Source: Planctomycetota bacterium (GTDB lineage: Bacteria; Planctomycetota; UBA1135; GCA-002748355). Taken from it: a DNA stretch of 64,000 nt. Each line of letters opens with the position of its first letter. Position 1 is the stretch's first letter. Below, in pieces: positions 9,565-18,089 of the stretch. Where the stretch lies: the NCBI GenBank assembly GCA_020638795.1, contig JACKHW010000003.1:338027-402026 (forward strand). The letters run 5' to 3'. Below the pieces are notes generated by a model. That model was not told where the DNA came from and did no database searches. It worked only from the letters and a program-made list of their open reading frames with translations. The translations under genes were made by a program, and so were the position numbers.

Positions 9565-9725
9565 CAGAAAGGGCGAGGAGCTTAGTAGCTGGGTCGCTCG
9601 ATCGGGATCAGGAATCCGAGAGCTTTGTGCGACTGTGACACCGGAGCGCAGGGGGTCGCTCAGAGGATCTGGAATGCCTTGTCTCTTGACAGTTCGGCGA
9701 ATCGCCCCCAGAGCCTGAGGAGATC

Positions 9726-10883
9726 ATGACTGCAGCTCCACAAACCGACCGTCCCCCGGTGGGTCGCATCGATGCCATGCGCGACGAGCCGTCGCCGGTG
9801 CCGGGCCGACCGGCATGGTATGAAGGTCTGCTCGATGATGGCCGGTTGCCGGATGCCGCAATCCGCTTCGGGATTCGAAAACTGTTGCGTGCGCGGCTTC
9901 GGCTCGAGGCGAAGGGCACGCTGGAAGAGCGGAGTGAACGGTTTCGCGAGTTCCTCGCGAGTCTCGACGAAAGCCCGATCGCCATCGAGACCGCGGCCGC
10001 CAACGACCAGCACTACGAGGTCCCGACGCGGTTCTTCGAGCTCGCACTCGGCCCACGGCTCAAGTATTCGAGCTGTCTGTTCCCGAGCGCGACGACGACT
10101 CTCGCCGAGGCCGAGGAACACATGCTCGACCTCGTGGCACGGCGCGCGCAGCTCGAAGACGGGCAGAGCGTGCTCGATCTCGGCTGCGGCTGGGGGTCGT
10201 TCTCGCTGTGGGCCGCGGAGCGTTTCCCGAAGTCACGCTTTCTGGCCATTTCCGGCAGCGCGTCCCAACGCAGCTTCATCGAGGAGCGCGCGGCACGACT
10301 CGGCTTGTCGAACCTCACCGTCCAAACGATGGACGCCAATCGCTTCGAGAGCGATCGCAGCTTCGATCGAGTCGTCACGATCGAGATGCTCGAGCACATG
10401 AAGAACTATCGGGAGCTCTTCCGGCGCATCGCGGCCCGGATGCGACCCGGTGCACTGTGCTTCGTGCACGTCTTCGTGCACCGCGAGTTCGCCTATCCGT
10501 TCGTTGCTGACGGCGATGACGACTGGATGGCTCGCCATTTCTTCACGGGTGGCAACATGCCGTCCGATTCGTTGCTCCTACGCTATCAGCGCGATTTGGA
10601 CGTGATCGACCACTGGCGCGTCTCGGGATCCCATTACGCGAGGACTGCCGAGGGGTGGCTGCAGAACCTCGACGCGAACCGCGACGCCGTCTTCGATTGC
10701 TTTCGCACCAGTTATGGTGCGGGCCTCGAGCCGCGCGCCGCGAAGGCCGAAGCGACTCGCTGGCTCCATCGTTGGCGCATCTTCTTCATGGCCTGTGCCG
10801 AACTGTGGGGCTTCCGCGGTGGCTCGGAGTGGTTCGTGTCTCATTACCTGTTCGAAAAACCGGCAAAGGGCGGTCTCGAGTGA
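9726..10883 (+). CDS. second CFA-synthase-family SAM-dependent methyltransferase
   Basis: Contains [28 protein letters not shown] and the SAM motif [20 protein letters not shown]. An alternative ATG lies at 9777. Confidence 0.8.
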   Translation: MTAAPQTDRPPVGRIDAMRDEPSPVPGRPAWYEGLLDDGRLPDAAIRFGIRKLLRARLRLEAKGTLEERSERFREFLASLDESPIAIETAAANDQHYEVPTRFFELALGPRLKYSSCLFPSATTTLAEAEEHMLDLVARRAQLEDGQSVLDLGCGWGSFSLWAAERFPKSRFLAISGSASQRSFIEERAARLGLSNLTVQTMDANRFESDRSFDRVVTIEMLEHMKNYRELFRRIAARMRPGALCFVHVFVHREFAYPFVADGDDDWMARHFFTGGNMPSDSLLLRYQRDLDVIDHWRVSGSHYARTAEGWLQNLDANRDAVFDCFRTSYGAGLEPRAAKAEATRWLHRWRIFFMACAELWGFRGGSEWFVSHYLFEKPAKGGLE

Positions 10884-11440
10884 TCTGGATCTATATCGCA
10901 GTTTGCGTGGTCTTCGTCCTCGTGCTCGCGGCGAAGCTCGACGACGTCCGGTCGACGACTCTCGATATCGGCGATCTCGCGCCGGACTTCGCATTGCGTG
11001 CCCAAACCGGTGAGAGCATTCGATTGCACGATCTCCTCGCGCGCGGACCCGTGGTGCTCTACTTCTACATCCAGGACGCGACTCCTGGCTGAACGGTTCA
11101 AGCACGCGGCTTCCGTCACGAGTTCGCACGATTCGAGCAACTCGGGGCAGCCGTCGTCGGGGTCAGTTCGGACTCCGTCCACTCACACGATGCCTGGGCT
11201 GATAAAGAATGCCTGCCCTTCCCGCTTCTCGCCGACGACGACGGTCGCGTGCGCAAGCTCTACGGCGTGCCACGCAGCCTGTTCGGTCTGCTGCCGGGAC
11301 GACTGACGTTCGTGATCGCGGCCGACGGGCGGATCCGCGCGATCGTGGGGCATCAATTCCGACTTCAGACGCACGTGCGGCGCGCTCGCGAAGGCGTCGA
11401 ATCCGTCGCTCGTGCGACTCCCCAACTCGCGCGTCATTGA
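10880..11440 (+). CDS. BCP/PrxQ-type peroxiredoxin with in-frame UGA (11090-11092) at the peroxidatic Cys position; predicted selenocysteine, or otherwise a pseudogene
   Basis: A single frame reads ...[56 protein letters not shown]...[39 protein letters not shown]...[16 protein letters not shown]. Compare E. coli BCP, TPGCTVQAC. The GTG start at 10880 overlaps the upstream stop, and the start is uncertain. Confidence 0.6.
11093..11144 (+). other. candidate SECIS-like hairpins just downstream of the in-frame UGA
   Basis: Hairpin 1: ACGG(11093-96) pairs with CCGU(11113-16) and AAGC(11100-03) with GCUU(11109-12), with loop ACGCG. Hairpin 2: CGAGUU(11119-24) pairs with AACUCG(11139-44). Folded by eye only. 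Confidence 0.3.
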
Positions 11441-11456
11441 TGGGGCGAGAACCGGA

Positions 11457-11843
11457 TCAACACGGCATTTCGAGGTGGTCCGGCGCACAAACTTCGACAC
11501 GGTTGTTCGAGGGGTCGGTGAGGTAGCACGAACGCGAGCCGTCGCGGTGCGTGACGAGTTCGCCGAACGAATCCGCGTCCTCACGGATGATCGCGTGATG
11601 CGGCGGATGCTGCCCAGGCATCACGAATGCGAGATCGCAATTCCGGAAGCGCAGCAAGGCCCAGGTCGAATCGCGATATGCGACCGAACATGAGAACTGC
11701 TCGAGATACCAATCGACGGTCGCATCCAAATCCTTCACTGGGATCGCGACGTGGTGCAGGACGTCGAGAAGTTCTCGATCCCTTTGGGGATCCGTGCTTC
11801 GGTGTTCCGTCGTTTCCATGGCTTCTTCCTCCATCGGTGACAT
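11457..11843 (-). CDS. VOC (glyoxalase/bleomycin-resistance/dioxygenase) family protein
   Basis: Contains LLDVLHHVAIPVKDLDATVDWYLEQF...CYLTDPSNNRVEV. The start is ATG 11843, 11834 or 11819. It is divergent from the photolyase gene. Confidence 0.55.
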   Translation of the reverse strand: MSPMEEEAMETTEHRSTDPQRDRELLDVLHHVAIPVKDLDATVDWYLEQFSCSVAYRDSTWALLRFRNCDLAFVMPGQHPPHHAIIREDADSFGELVTHRDGSRSCYLTDPSNNRVEVCAPDHLEMPC

Positions 11844-11912
11844 GCATTCGTCGCCTTCCATTCTCGAGATGCGCATGCTCCACACGTGGCAAGCGCGAAC
11901 CAGAGGAGTGAC

Positions 11913-13388
11913 ATGAGCGTACCAGGCGAGCGTATTCGTCGCTCGAACGACCACGAAGTGCGCAAGGACGGGCGTTATGTCCTCTACTGGATGACGAGCA
12001 ATCGTCGCTTGCGCTCGAACTTCGCCTTGGACCGGGCTGCCGAACATTGCAAGGCGATGGATCTTCCACTGGTCGTGCTCGAAGCCCTTCGACTCGACTA
12101 TCCGTGGGCGAGCGAACGCCTACATCGCTTCGTCATCGCCGGCATGCGGGACAACGCGCAGGCTGCCGCGACGATGCAGGGCACGTTCTACTACCCCTAC
12201 GTCGAGACGAAGCGCGGTGCGGGGAAAGGACTGCTCGCGGCTCTGGCACGCGATGCTGCCGTCGTCGTGGGCGACGATTTCCCGTGCTTCTTCTTGCCGA
12301 AGATGCAGCAGGCAGCTTCGAAACAGCTCGACGTGCGACTCGAGCTGGTCGACGCGAACGGCCTGTATCCGATGCACGCGACCGACCGCGTCTTTCCGTC
12401 GGCGCACACGTTTCGTCGCCATCTCCAGAAGACCCTGCCAGCCCACCTGCCGGCGACTCCGACGATCGAGCCGTTGCGCCATGTCCAAGACGCTCCGGCC
12501 GTGGCGATCGATCGAGAGATCTTGGAACGCTGGAGGGCCACGGACCCGGAGTCCCTGCTCGATAAGGGCATCGATGCACTCGAGTTCGATCTCGATGTCC
12601 CTGCCGGTGCGGCACGTGGCGGTTCCGTCGAGGCCGGAAAGCAGCTCGAGCGTTTCGTTCGCGCGCGGTTGTCGCGGTACGCCGACTCCCGCAACGCGGT
12701 CAGCGAGCCGGCGGCGAGCGGCCTGTCGCCGTATCTACACTTCGGCCACATCGGGATCCACGAGATCCTGCACGCACTCCTCGAACACGACGGCGTCGAC
12801 CGTGCTCGATGGATCGAAGAACGCGCCGCTGCGAATGTCACCGGGAGTCGAGAAGGCTGGTGGGGTCTCTCGAACAACGCGGAGGCCTTTCTCGACGAAG
12901 CCGTCACGTGGCGCGAGGTCGGATACAACTTCGCGTCCCATCGCGACGACTACGATCGCTACGACTCGCTTCCGGACTGGGCGAAGTCGACGCTCGCCGA
13001 TCATGCGAAGGACGCACGCCAGACGCTCTACGACCTCGAGCAACTCGATGCTGCCGAGACGCACGACCCCGTGTGGAACGCTGCACAGCGCGAGCTCGTG
13101 ACCGAAGGGCGCATGCACAACTATTTGCGCATGCTGTGGGGCAAGAAAGTCCTCGAATGGACGCGCTCCCCACGCGATGCCGCGGACATCCTGATCGAAC
13201 TCAACAACCGCTACGCTGTCGACGGTCGCAACCCCAACTCGTACTCGGGCATCTTCTGGGTCCTCGGTCGCTACGACCGCGCGTGGGGACCCGAGCGCCC
13301 GATCTTCGGCAAGATTCGCTACATGAGTTCGGACAGCACGCGCCGCAAACTCGACCTCGCGGACTACCTCGTGCGCTACGGGCGTTAG
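11913..13388 (+). CDS. phr: class II deoxyribodipyrimidine (CPD) photolyase
   Basis: Contains DGRYVLYWMTSNRRLRSNFALDRA and the C-terminal GRMHNYLRMLWGKKVLEWT...DGRNPNSYSGIFWVLGRYDRAWGPERPIFGKIRYMS. The ATG at 11913 is preceded by GAGGAG. The track start 11886 is a GTG. Confidence 0.9.
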   Translation: MSVPGERIRRSNDHEVRKDGRYVLYWMTSNRRLRSNFALDRAAEHCKAMDLPLVVLEALRLDYPWASERLHRFVIAGMRDNAQAAATMQGTFYYPYVETKRGAGKGLLAALARDAAVVVGDDFPCFFLPKMQQAASKQLDVRLELVDANGLYPMHATDRVFPSAHTFRRHLQKTLPAHLPATPTIEPLRHVQDAPAVAIDREILERWRATDPESLLDKGIDALEFDLDVPAGAARGGSVEAGKQLERFVRARLSRYADSRNAVSEPAASGLSPYLHFGHIGIHEILHALLEHDGVDRARWIEERAAANVTGSREGWWGLSNNAEAFLDEAVTWREVGYNFASHRDDYDRYDSLPDWAKSTLADHAKDARQTLYDLEQLDAAETHDPVWNAAQRELVTEGRMHNYLRMLWGKKVLEWTRSPRDAADILIELNNRYAVDGRNPNSYSGIFWVLGRYDRAWGPERPIFGKIRYMSSDSTRRKLDLADYLVRYGR

Positions 13389-13467
13389 ACGCCCGGCGGC
13401 GGTGCTTGTGTTCTGAGTCAGATTGCCGCGCGCTCGTGCAGCGGCATTCGCGCTGTCGCTTCCCGTG

Positions 13468-13527
13468 CTGTCCCTTCTCTCGCTGTCCCTTCTCTCGCTG
13501 TCCCTTCCCTCGCTGTCCCTTCCCTCG
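13468..13527. repeat. four tandem 15-bp units CTGTCCCTTC(T/C)CTCG
   Basis: Units lie at 13468-82, 13483-97, 13498-512 and 13513-27, with a degenerate copy just upstream. The other three copies of the flanking element carry a single unit. Confidence 0.85.
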
Positions 13528-13658
13528 GCTCGAGCTCCGAGAAGCGCGCGGGGGCGGACCTGCCGCCGGCTCTCGTCGCCCTCGCGCCGGTCGCCCAGGA
13601 AGGCGACCGACCGACGCGAGAGCGACGAGAGGCGCGGGGCAGGTGGGAGGGGCCGTCC
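13527..13658 (+). repeat. REP-like element copy A (imperfect long hairpin)
   Basis: GGCTCGAGCTCCGAGAAGCGCG...GGGAGGGGCCGTCC. The internal arms CTCTCGTCGCCCTCGCGCCGGTCGCC and GGCGACCGACCGACGCGAGAGCGACGAGAG are near-complementary around the loop CAGGAA. Confidence 0.8.
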
Positions 13659-13820
13659 ATAGTTGTCGTTGCAACGATCGAAATGCACATCCGACTAAGC
13701 GCATTCGATCGTTGCTTTCGCAGAAGTGTTCGGTAGCATGCTTCGAACAACATGTGCTGATTCAAAAGTCGCGTCTCTAACCGCGTCGACTCCGTGACGA
13801 CTCCACTCAGGGAACGCAGG

Positions 13821-14510
13821 ATGAGATCTCGAACGAAGAGGCGCGGAGTACAGGGAATGCTGTTCGGGCCGGGGCGCGGCGGGAAGCGACTCGGCGCCGG
13901 TCGCAAACCGAAGGGTGAACGCGCGGGAGTCTCCCACGCGACTCGCACGAAGCTCGCGAAGCGCTTCCCCGTTCATGTCACGATGCGCATCGCCTCAGGC
14001 CTGCCGTCGCTGCGGGATAATCACACCGAACAGTCCTTGCGCGCGGTCTTCTGCGCGATGAAGCCTCGCCGCGGCTTTCGAATCGTGCACTACTCGATCC
14101 AGACCAATCACGTGCATCTGATCGTCGAAGCGGAGAGCACGACCGCGCTCTCGCGTGGCATGCAATCCCTCGCGATCCGCATGGCGCAGACGCTCAATCA
14201 CGACTGGGGCCGCAAGGGCAAGGTCTTCGGTGATCGCTACCACGCGTCGATCCTCGATAGCCCGCGACGCGTGCGCAACGCGATCCTCTACGTGCTCAAG
14301 AACGCGTGGAAGCACGGGCGAGACGTGCGCGGCGTGCTCGACCGGTTCGCGTCGGGATGGTGTTTCACGGGATGGCGAGAGCGGGTCAAGGTGAACGGGG
14401 TCGACGACTTCGAAGTCCCGGTCGAGGATCCACGGACCTGGCTCCTGCGTGTCGGTTGGAAGAAGCACGGCCGCATCGGCATCCACGAGCTGCCGAAGTC
14501 GTCGCCGTGA
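13821..14510 (+). CDS. IS200-like / REP-associated tyrosine transposase (HUH Y1 family), copy 1
   Basis: The HUH motif is NHVHLIVEA and the catalytic Tyr region is ILYVLKNAWKHG. The ATG at 13821 follows GGAACGCAGG; the track start 13794 is a GTG. It is about 97 percent identical by eye to the copy at 57187..57876. Confidence 0.85.
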   Translation: MRSRTKRRGVQGMLFGPGRGGKRLGAGRKPKGERAGVSHATRTKLAKRFPVHVTMRIASGLPSLRDNHTEQSLRAVFCAMKPRRGFRIVHYSIQTNHVHLIVEAESTTALSRGMQSLAIRMAQTLNHDWGRKGKVFGDRYHASILDSPRRVRNAILYVLKNAWKHGRDVRGVLDRFASGWCFTGWRERVKVNGVDDFEVPVEDPRTWLLRVGWKKHGRIGIHELPKSSP

Positions 14511-14789
14511 ACGCGCGGCGATAGCACATCGAATCCCAGCGACGTCCGAACCGGCAGGCAAATCGAGGCTTCGGCGCGATGGCGCACGGCGCAGAGCGTG
14601 CGGGCGCACGATGCGTCACGCGGCTTTCTGGCCTCGCGCGCGTGGCTGCAGCCTAGCGTTCTCGGCCTGAGTCGAGCCTGGCGACGCACCAGGACGTGCT
14701 TCGTACCCGTTGGCGCTTCGAAACCGAGAGCGCTACGGATCCTGCCCGCGGATCCCAGGTCGTGGAAGCGCTGCAGCCCTGCTGGTCCT

Positions 14790-15284
14790 CCGAAATGAAG
14801 TCGGACAGCCCCGGGCAGTCAGCCTGAACTGACCGAGAGTGTTCATCCATCAACGTCAGGCGGATACACGACGATCCCATCTGCCGTCGAAAACGGACCT
14901 TTGATGTCCGTGCACCAAACGGCATTCGGATGCTGACCGCGTGGCTCCAAGCCCTCCTGGCTCATCGGCGTGTGTCGTCGACGATGGCGCGCCTTCGTCA
15001 TCCCGAACCGCTTCAGGATCGAACCGATCGTGCTCGCAGCCCCAAGTCGGACGCTGCTTGCGTACGCGAATCAGCAAGTCCACGACATCCTCTTGGGTCG
15101 TCCACGGATGGCAAAGTGCAGCTCGAGATCGATCTCGCAGCGGATCGATGTCCTGCTCGCCTTCCTTGTAGCGGCGAGTCCACTTGTGGCCCGTCTGACG
15201 ACTCACGCCGTACTTCCGATACAGGGCAGCCATCGACAACTCGCCGCTCTCCCATTCCGAGATGCACGGAACTCGCTCCTTCAT
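14790..15284 (-). pseudogene. IS481-family transposase, 5' fragment with frameshifts
   Basis: The N-terminal HTH part is intact: MKERVPCISEWESGELSMAALYRKYGVSRQTGHKWTRRYKEGEQDIDPLRDRSR...RKQRPTWG. The frame then breaks. Other frames read RGQHPNAVWCTDIKGPFSTADG and LTLMDEHSRS, and no complete DDE domain remains. Confidence 0.7.
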
Positions 15285-15602
15285 GGTGCACGTCTGATTC
15301 CATTGCATGCGACAACGCAAGTCGCCATGCCGGCCATGCGTGAACCATGAAGTCGGATAGTGTCAGCAGTGTAGTCGGTCTGAACTGTCAGCTATGTACC
15401 CGGTCTGCACTCCCATGTCGCGAGCCCGCGCCGCGATGCGCATCTGCCGAATCAGAAATCGAACGTCCACGCGACAGTCTCGAATCGAGGTCGCGAGTCG
15501 AAGACCGCTTCGATTCAGCGTAGTCAAACGCGGTCGTCTGTACATCTGCGCGCGCCATATTGCAGCACGCACGAAAGCCTGCGCGTAGGCACCAACCACA
15601 AA

Positions 15603-15730
15603 GACGGCCCCTCCCACCTGCCCCGCGCCTCTCGTCGCTCTCGCGTCGGTCGGTCGCCTTTCTGGGCGACCGGCGCGAGAGCGACGAGAGCCGGCGGCAG
15701 GTCCGCCCCCGCGCTTCTCGGAGCTCGAGC
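15603..15730 (-). repeat. REP-like element copy B (inverted relative to copy A)
   Basis: It is the reverse complement of copy A with a few substitutions: GACGGCCCCTCCCACCTGCCCCGCGCCTCTCGTCGCTCTCGCG...CTTCTCGGAGCTCGAGC. Confidence 0.8.
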
Positions 15731-15860
15731 AGAGGGAAGGCACAGCGCACAACGAGCACTCTGCACGATCAGGCCCGAGCGGAACGCGGGAACCGGCGAA
15801 AGCAGTGAGTTGCTCGGCCGAGCGGCCGCCGCGTGCGTGCCCGGTCTTCCCGCCGAGCTC

Positions 15861-16616
15861 TCAGTGCGAGAACTTCCGCAGCAAGCTCCGGATCTCGCGG
15901 TGGCCCTGTTCGCTCTGGCGCACGAAGAAGATCCCGCCGCTGCGCAGGATCGTCGCGCCGTTCTCCCAGCTGCCCGGTAGGACCGAGCTGCGCAGCAGCT
16001 CCTCGAAACGATCTTCGTCGAAGCCCGACGCCGTGCGTTCTTCGGAGTCTTCGACCTGGGGCTCGCGATCCGTCGGCACACCGACCTCGGGCGCAGGGTA
16101 GTCCCGCACCTTGCGCGTGAGCATGCGCAGATCGTAGGTCTCGAGGAAGAGCTCGGGCCGCACGGCGTCTTCGTGCACGACGAGCACGACGCCACTGCGG
16201 AACACGAAGCGGATCTTGGACACCGATGCGATGATCGACAGCGCTTGCACGAGCGGGCGCTTGTCGAGTTCGAGGTCGATCGTCTCCCAGTCCCGCGCGC
16301 CGTCGCGGCTGCGCACGAAGAACGCGCACGCATCCCCTACGTGCGATGCGAGATCGCGCGCGACACGTTCGGGCGTCGCCGCCTTCCAATTCACGCTCAC
16401 GCGCAGTTTCGAAAGCGCGAGCACGAGCCGATCGCGCTCTCTGGCATCTTCGCGACGCTCGGTGACGAGGGCTTCGCTGCCCTTGGCCAAGATGGCTTCG
16501 ACACGAGCCTTGCTCACGCTCTCGCGCACTGGCGTCTCATCGGTGCGGCGCGGCGCCTGCGCAGCCAGCGACACGCCGAGCGCCAAGGGCGCCATCAGGA
16601 ACAACACGTTCGACAT
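15861..16616 (-). CDS. hypothetical secreted protein
   Basis: The ATG at 16616 gives the signal peptide MSNVLFLMAPLALGVSLAAQA. The protein ends LPGSWENGATILRSGGIFFVRQSEQGHREIRSLLRKFSH. No family was recognised. Confidence 0.5.
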   Translation of the reverse strand: MSNVLFLMAPLALGVSLAAQAPRRTDETPVRESVSKARVEAILAKGSEALVTERREDARERDRLVLALSKLRVSVNWKAATPERVARDLASHVGDACAFFVRSRDGARDWETIDLELDKRPLVQALSIIASVSKIRFVFRSGVVLVVHEDAVRPELFLETYDLRMLTRKVRDYPAPEVGVPTDREPQVEDSEERTASGFDEDRFEELLRSSVLPGSWENGATILRSGGIFFVRQSEQGHREIRSLLRKFSH

Positions 16617-16669
16617 CGAGTTCTCTCCGATCACGGACGTGGGGCGCGTCCAGCCTAACCGATGCGCAC

Positions 16670-18043
16670 CTACTTGCCCACGAACCGCGCCTTGGCCTCG
16701 GGGTGCTTCGCGAGTTCGGCTTCGAACTTCGCCTTGCACTTGCCACAGCAGAAACCGATCGCGGCATCGCCGACTCGAATGCTGTGCTCGGCGTTCGCGG
16801 GCTCGCCCGAGACCGGACACTTCGCGTTGAGGAGTACGGGCGTCGCCTCGGGTTCCGCCGTCGCCGCGCTGTTCGCGTCCCGGAAGACGACCTTGGGGAA
16901 CCAGGTTTTCGGATCCTTCGCGAACTTCTGCAGACAGTCACTGCAACAAAGAGCGATGGTCTTGCCCTCGTAGGCGAACGTCTTCTTCGGATCGACCTTC
17001 TTGCCCGTGATCGGGCAGAGGTCGTTGACCGGCCGACTCGCTTCCTCGATGCGTTTGGCCACGGCTGCGAGATCGTTCGCCGAAGCTCCGAGATCGATCT
17101 TCAGACCGGGAATCGCCCCTGCGAACGCTCGAGCGCCGGCTTCCGTCACCTTGGTCTGCCAAACGAAGAGCCGCGTCAACGCCATCAGACCTTCGAGATG
17201 CTCGAGACCGGCGTCGGTGATCGACGTGTCGTAGAGGTTGAGGTATTCGAGCTTCGCGAGCTTGCCGACGGCAACGAGCGCGCGGTCCGTGATCGCCGTG
17301 CCTTGAAGCTGGAGGCGACGAAGCTCGCCAAAGTCCGCGAGACGCGACGCGCCCTCGTCGGACACTGCCGTGCGTCCGAGATTGAGCCACACCAGCGCCG
17401 GCTCGAGCCCCGCGAGCAACTCACCGAGTCGCGTGTCGTCGAGCTTCTTTCCGAGCAGCCCGATGTTGACGTACCACGCATTGCTCGTTGCCGCGACCTT
17501 CGTCGCGGTGCCACCCGCGGCGCGCACTCGCTTGACGGCGTCCTCGACGAGAGCCGTGCGCTCGTCGTCGAGTTCGGGGACGCGCAGGATCTCGGGCGGC
17601 TTCTTCGCCTCGACTGGTTGCACCGCGCCGTCGGGCCACGAAGCGCCTTCGCGAATCCACCGCTCGATGATCGCGATCTGCGCCTTCGTCAGCGGATCCC
17701 CCTCCGCCGGCATGATGTCCGAATCGTCCGCAGGGAGCACGATGCGGCGATAGATCGAACTCTCCTTCGGCGCACCGGGCTTGATGGCCGGATCGCTTCG
17801 CTCATCGTCGAAAACGTTCGTCTTGAGGTCGAGCCGCAGGTCGCCTTCGTCCGAGTCCCCACTGTGACATTCGAAACAACGCGCGCGGAAGATCGGCAGG
17901 ACGTCCTTGACGAAGTCGACCTTCGCGGAAGCATCGCTCGCTGCGTCATCCTGCGCGATTGCCGATGCATCCGGAACGGGACAGGCCACCGCGCCCGGGG
18001 ACAGCAGTGCCAACAAGACGGCCATGGATGCGAGTCGAATCAT
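16670..18043 (-). CDS. PSCyt1 (planctomycete cytochrome c) domain protein with leucine-rich repeats and two C-terminal YHS/TRASH-like Cys motifs
   Basis: Contains VLPIFRARCFECHSGDSDEGDLRLDL (CxxCH), then LRR-like L..L.L repeats. The tail has CPITGKKV...IALCCSDCLQKFAKDP and CPVSGEPA...IGFCCGKCKAKFEAE. The start is the ATG at 18043, giving signal peptide MIRLASMAVLLALL. Confidence 0.75.
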   Translation of the reverse strand: MIRLASMAVLLALLSPGAVACPVPDASAIAQDDAASDASAKVDFVKDVLPIFRARCFECHSGDSDEGDLRLDLKTNVFDDERSDPAIKPGAPKESSIYRRIVLPADDSDIMPAEGDPLTKAQIAIIERWIREGASWPDGAVQPVEAKKPPEILRVPELDDERTALVEDAVKRVRAAGGTATKVAATSNAWYVNIGLLGKKLDDTRLGELLAGLEPALVWLNLGRTAVSDEGASRLADFGELRRLQLQGTAITDRALVAVGKLAKLEYLNLYDTSITDAGLEHLEGLMALTRLFVWQTKVTEAGARAFAGAIPGLKIDLGASANDLAAVAKRIEEASRPVNDLCPITGKKVDPKKTFAYEGKTIALCCSDCLQKFAKDPKTWFPKVVFRDANSAATAEPEATPVLLNAKCPVSGEPANAEHSIRVGDAAIGFCCGKCKAKFEAELAKHPEAKARFVGK

Positions 18044-18089
18044 GTGCGCGTGCCCTGAAGCGGGAAAGCGATGACCATAGCAAGGAACG

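Larger units (their letters stand above)
13527..15730. mobile_element. mosaic mobile-element relic 1: inverted REP-like elements bracketing a RAYT gene and an IS481 remnant
   Basis: See the component features. The same architecture recurs at 56881-59126. Confidence 0.7.

Noticed and set aside
9579-9642. Back-to-back -35-like boxes GGATCA|GGAATCC lie in the divergent region between the desaturase operon and the methylase/peroxiredoxin pair. On the minus strand the sequence reads TGATCC-N17-TACTAAG, reminiscent of the TGATCC-type sigmaE promoters I recall from Rhodobacter.
   Set aside because: The putative -10 regions match neither each other nor the TTGAATCCGC-N13-ACGTAGTGCT boxes found twice in the ECF operon. 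My memory of the Rhodobacter consensus spacing is also not reliable enough to support a call.
10655-11092. The truncated peroxiredoxin ORF might be a simple pseudogene.
   Set aside because: This is not fully excluded, but the stop is the only lesion and sits precisely on the catalytic Cys codon. All downstream Prx motifs remain in frame and intact for 116 codons. I therefore report it as a candidate selenoprotein with the pseudogene alternative stated.
13468-13527. The tandem 15-bp repeats could be taken for a CRISPR-like or coding (GKGQRE-type) repeat.
   Set aside because: The units are directly adjacent with no spacers and are too short for CRISPR. They lie in the non-coding flank of a REP-like element that has one unit in its other copies. 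Slipped-strand expansion is the simplest reading.
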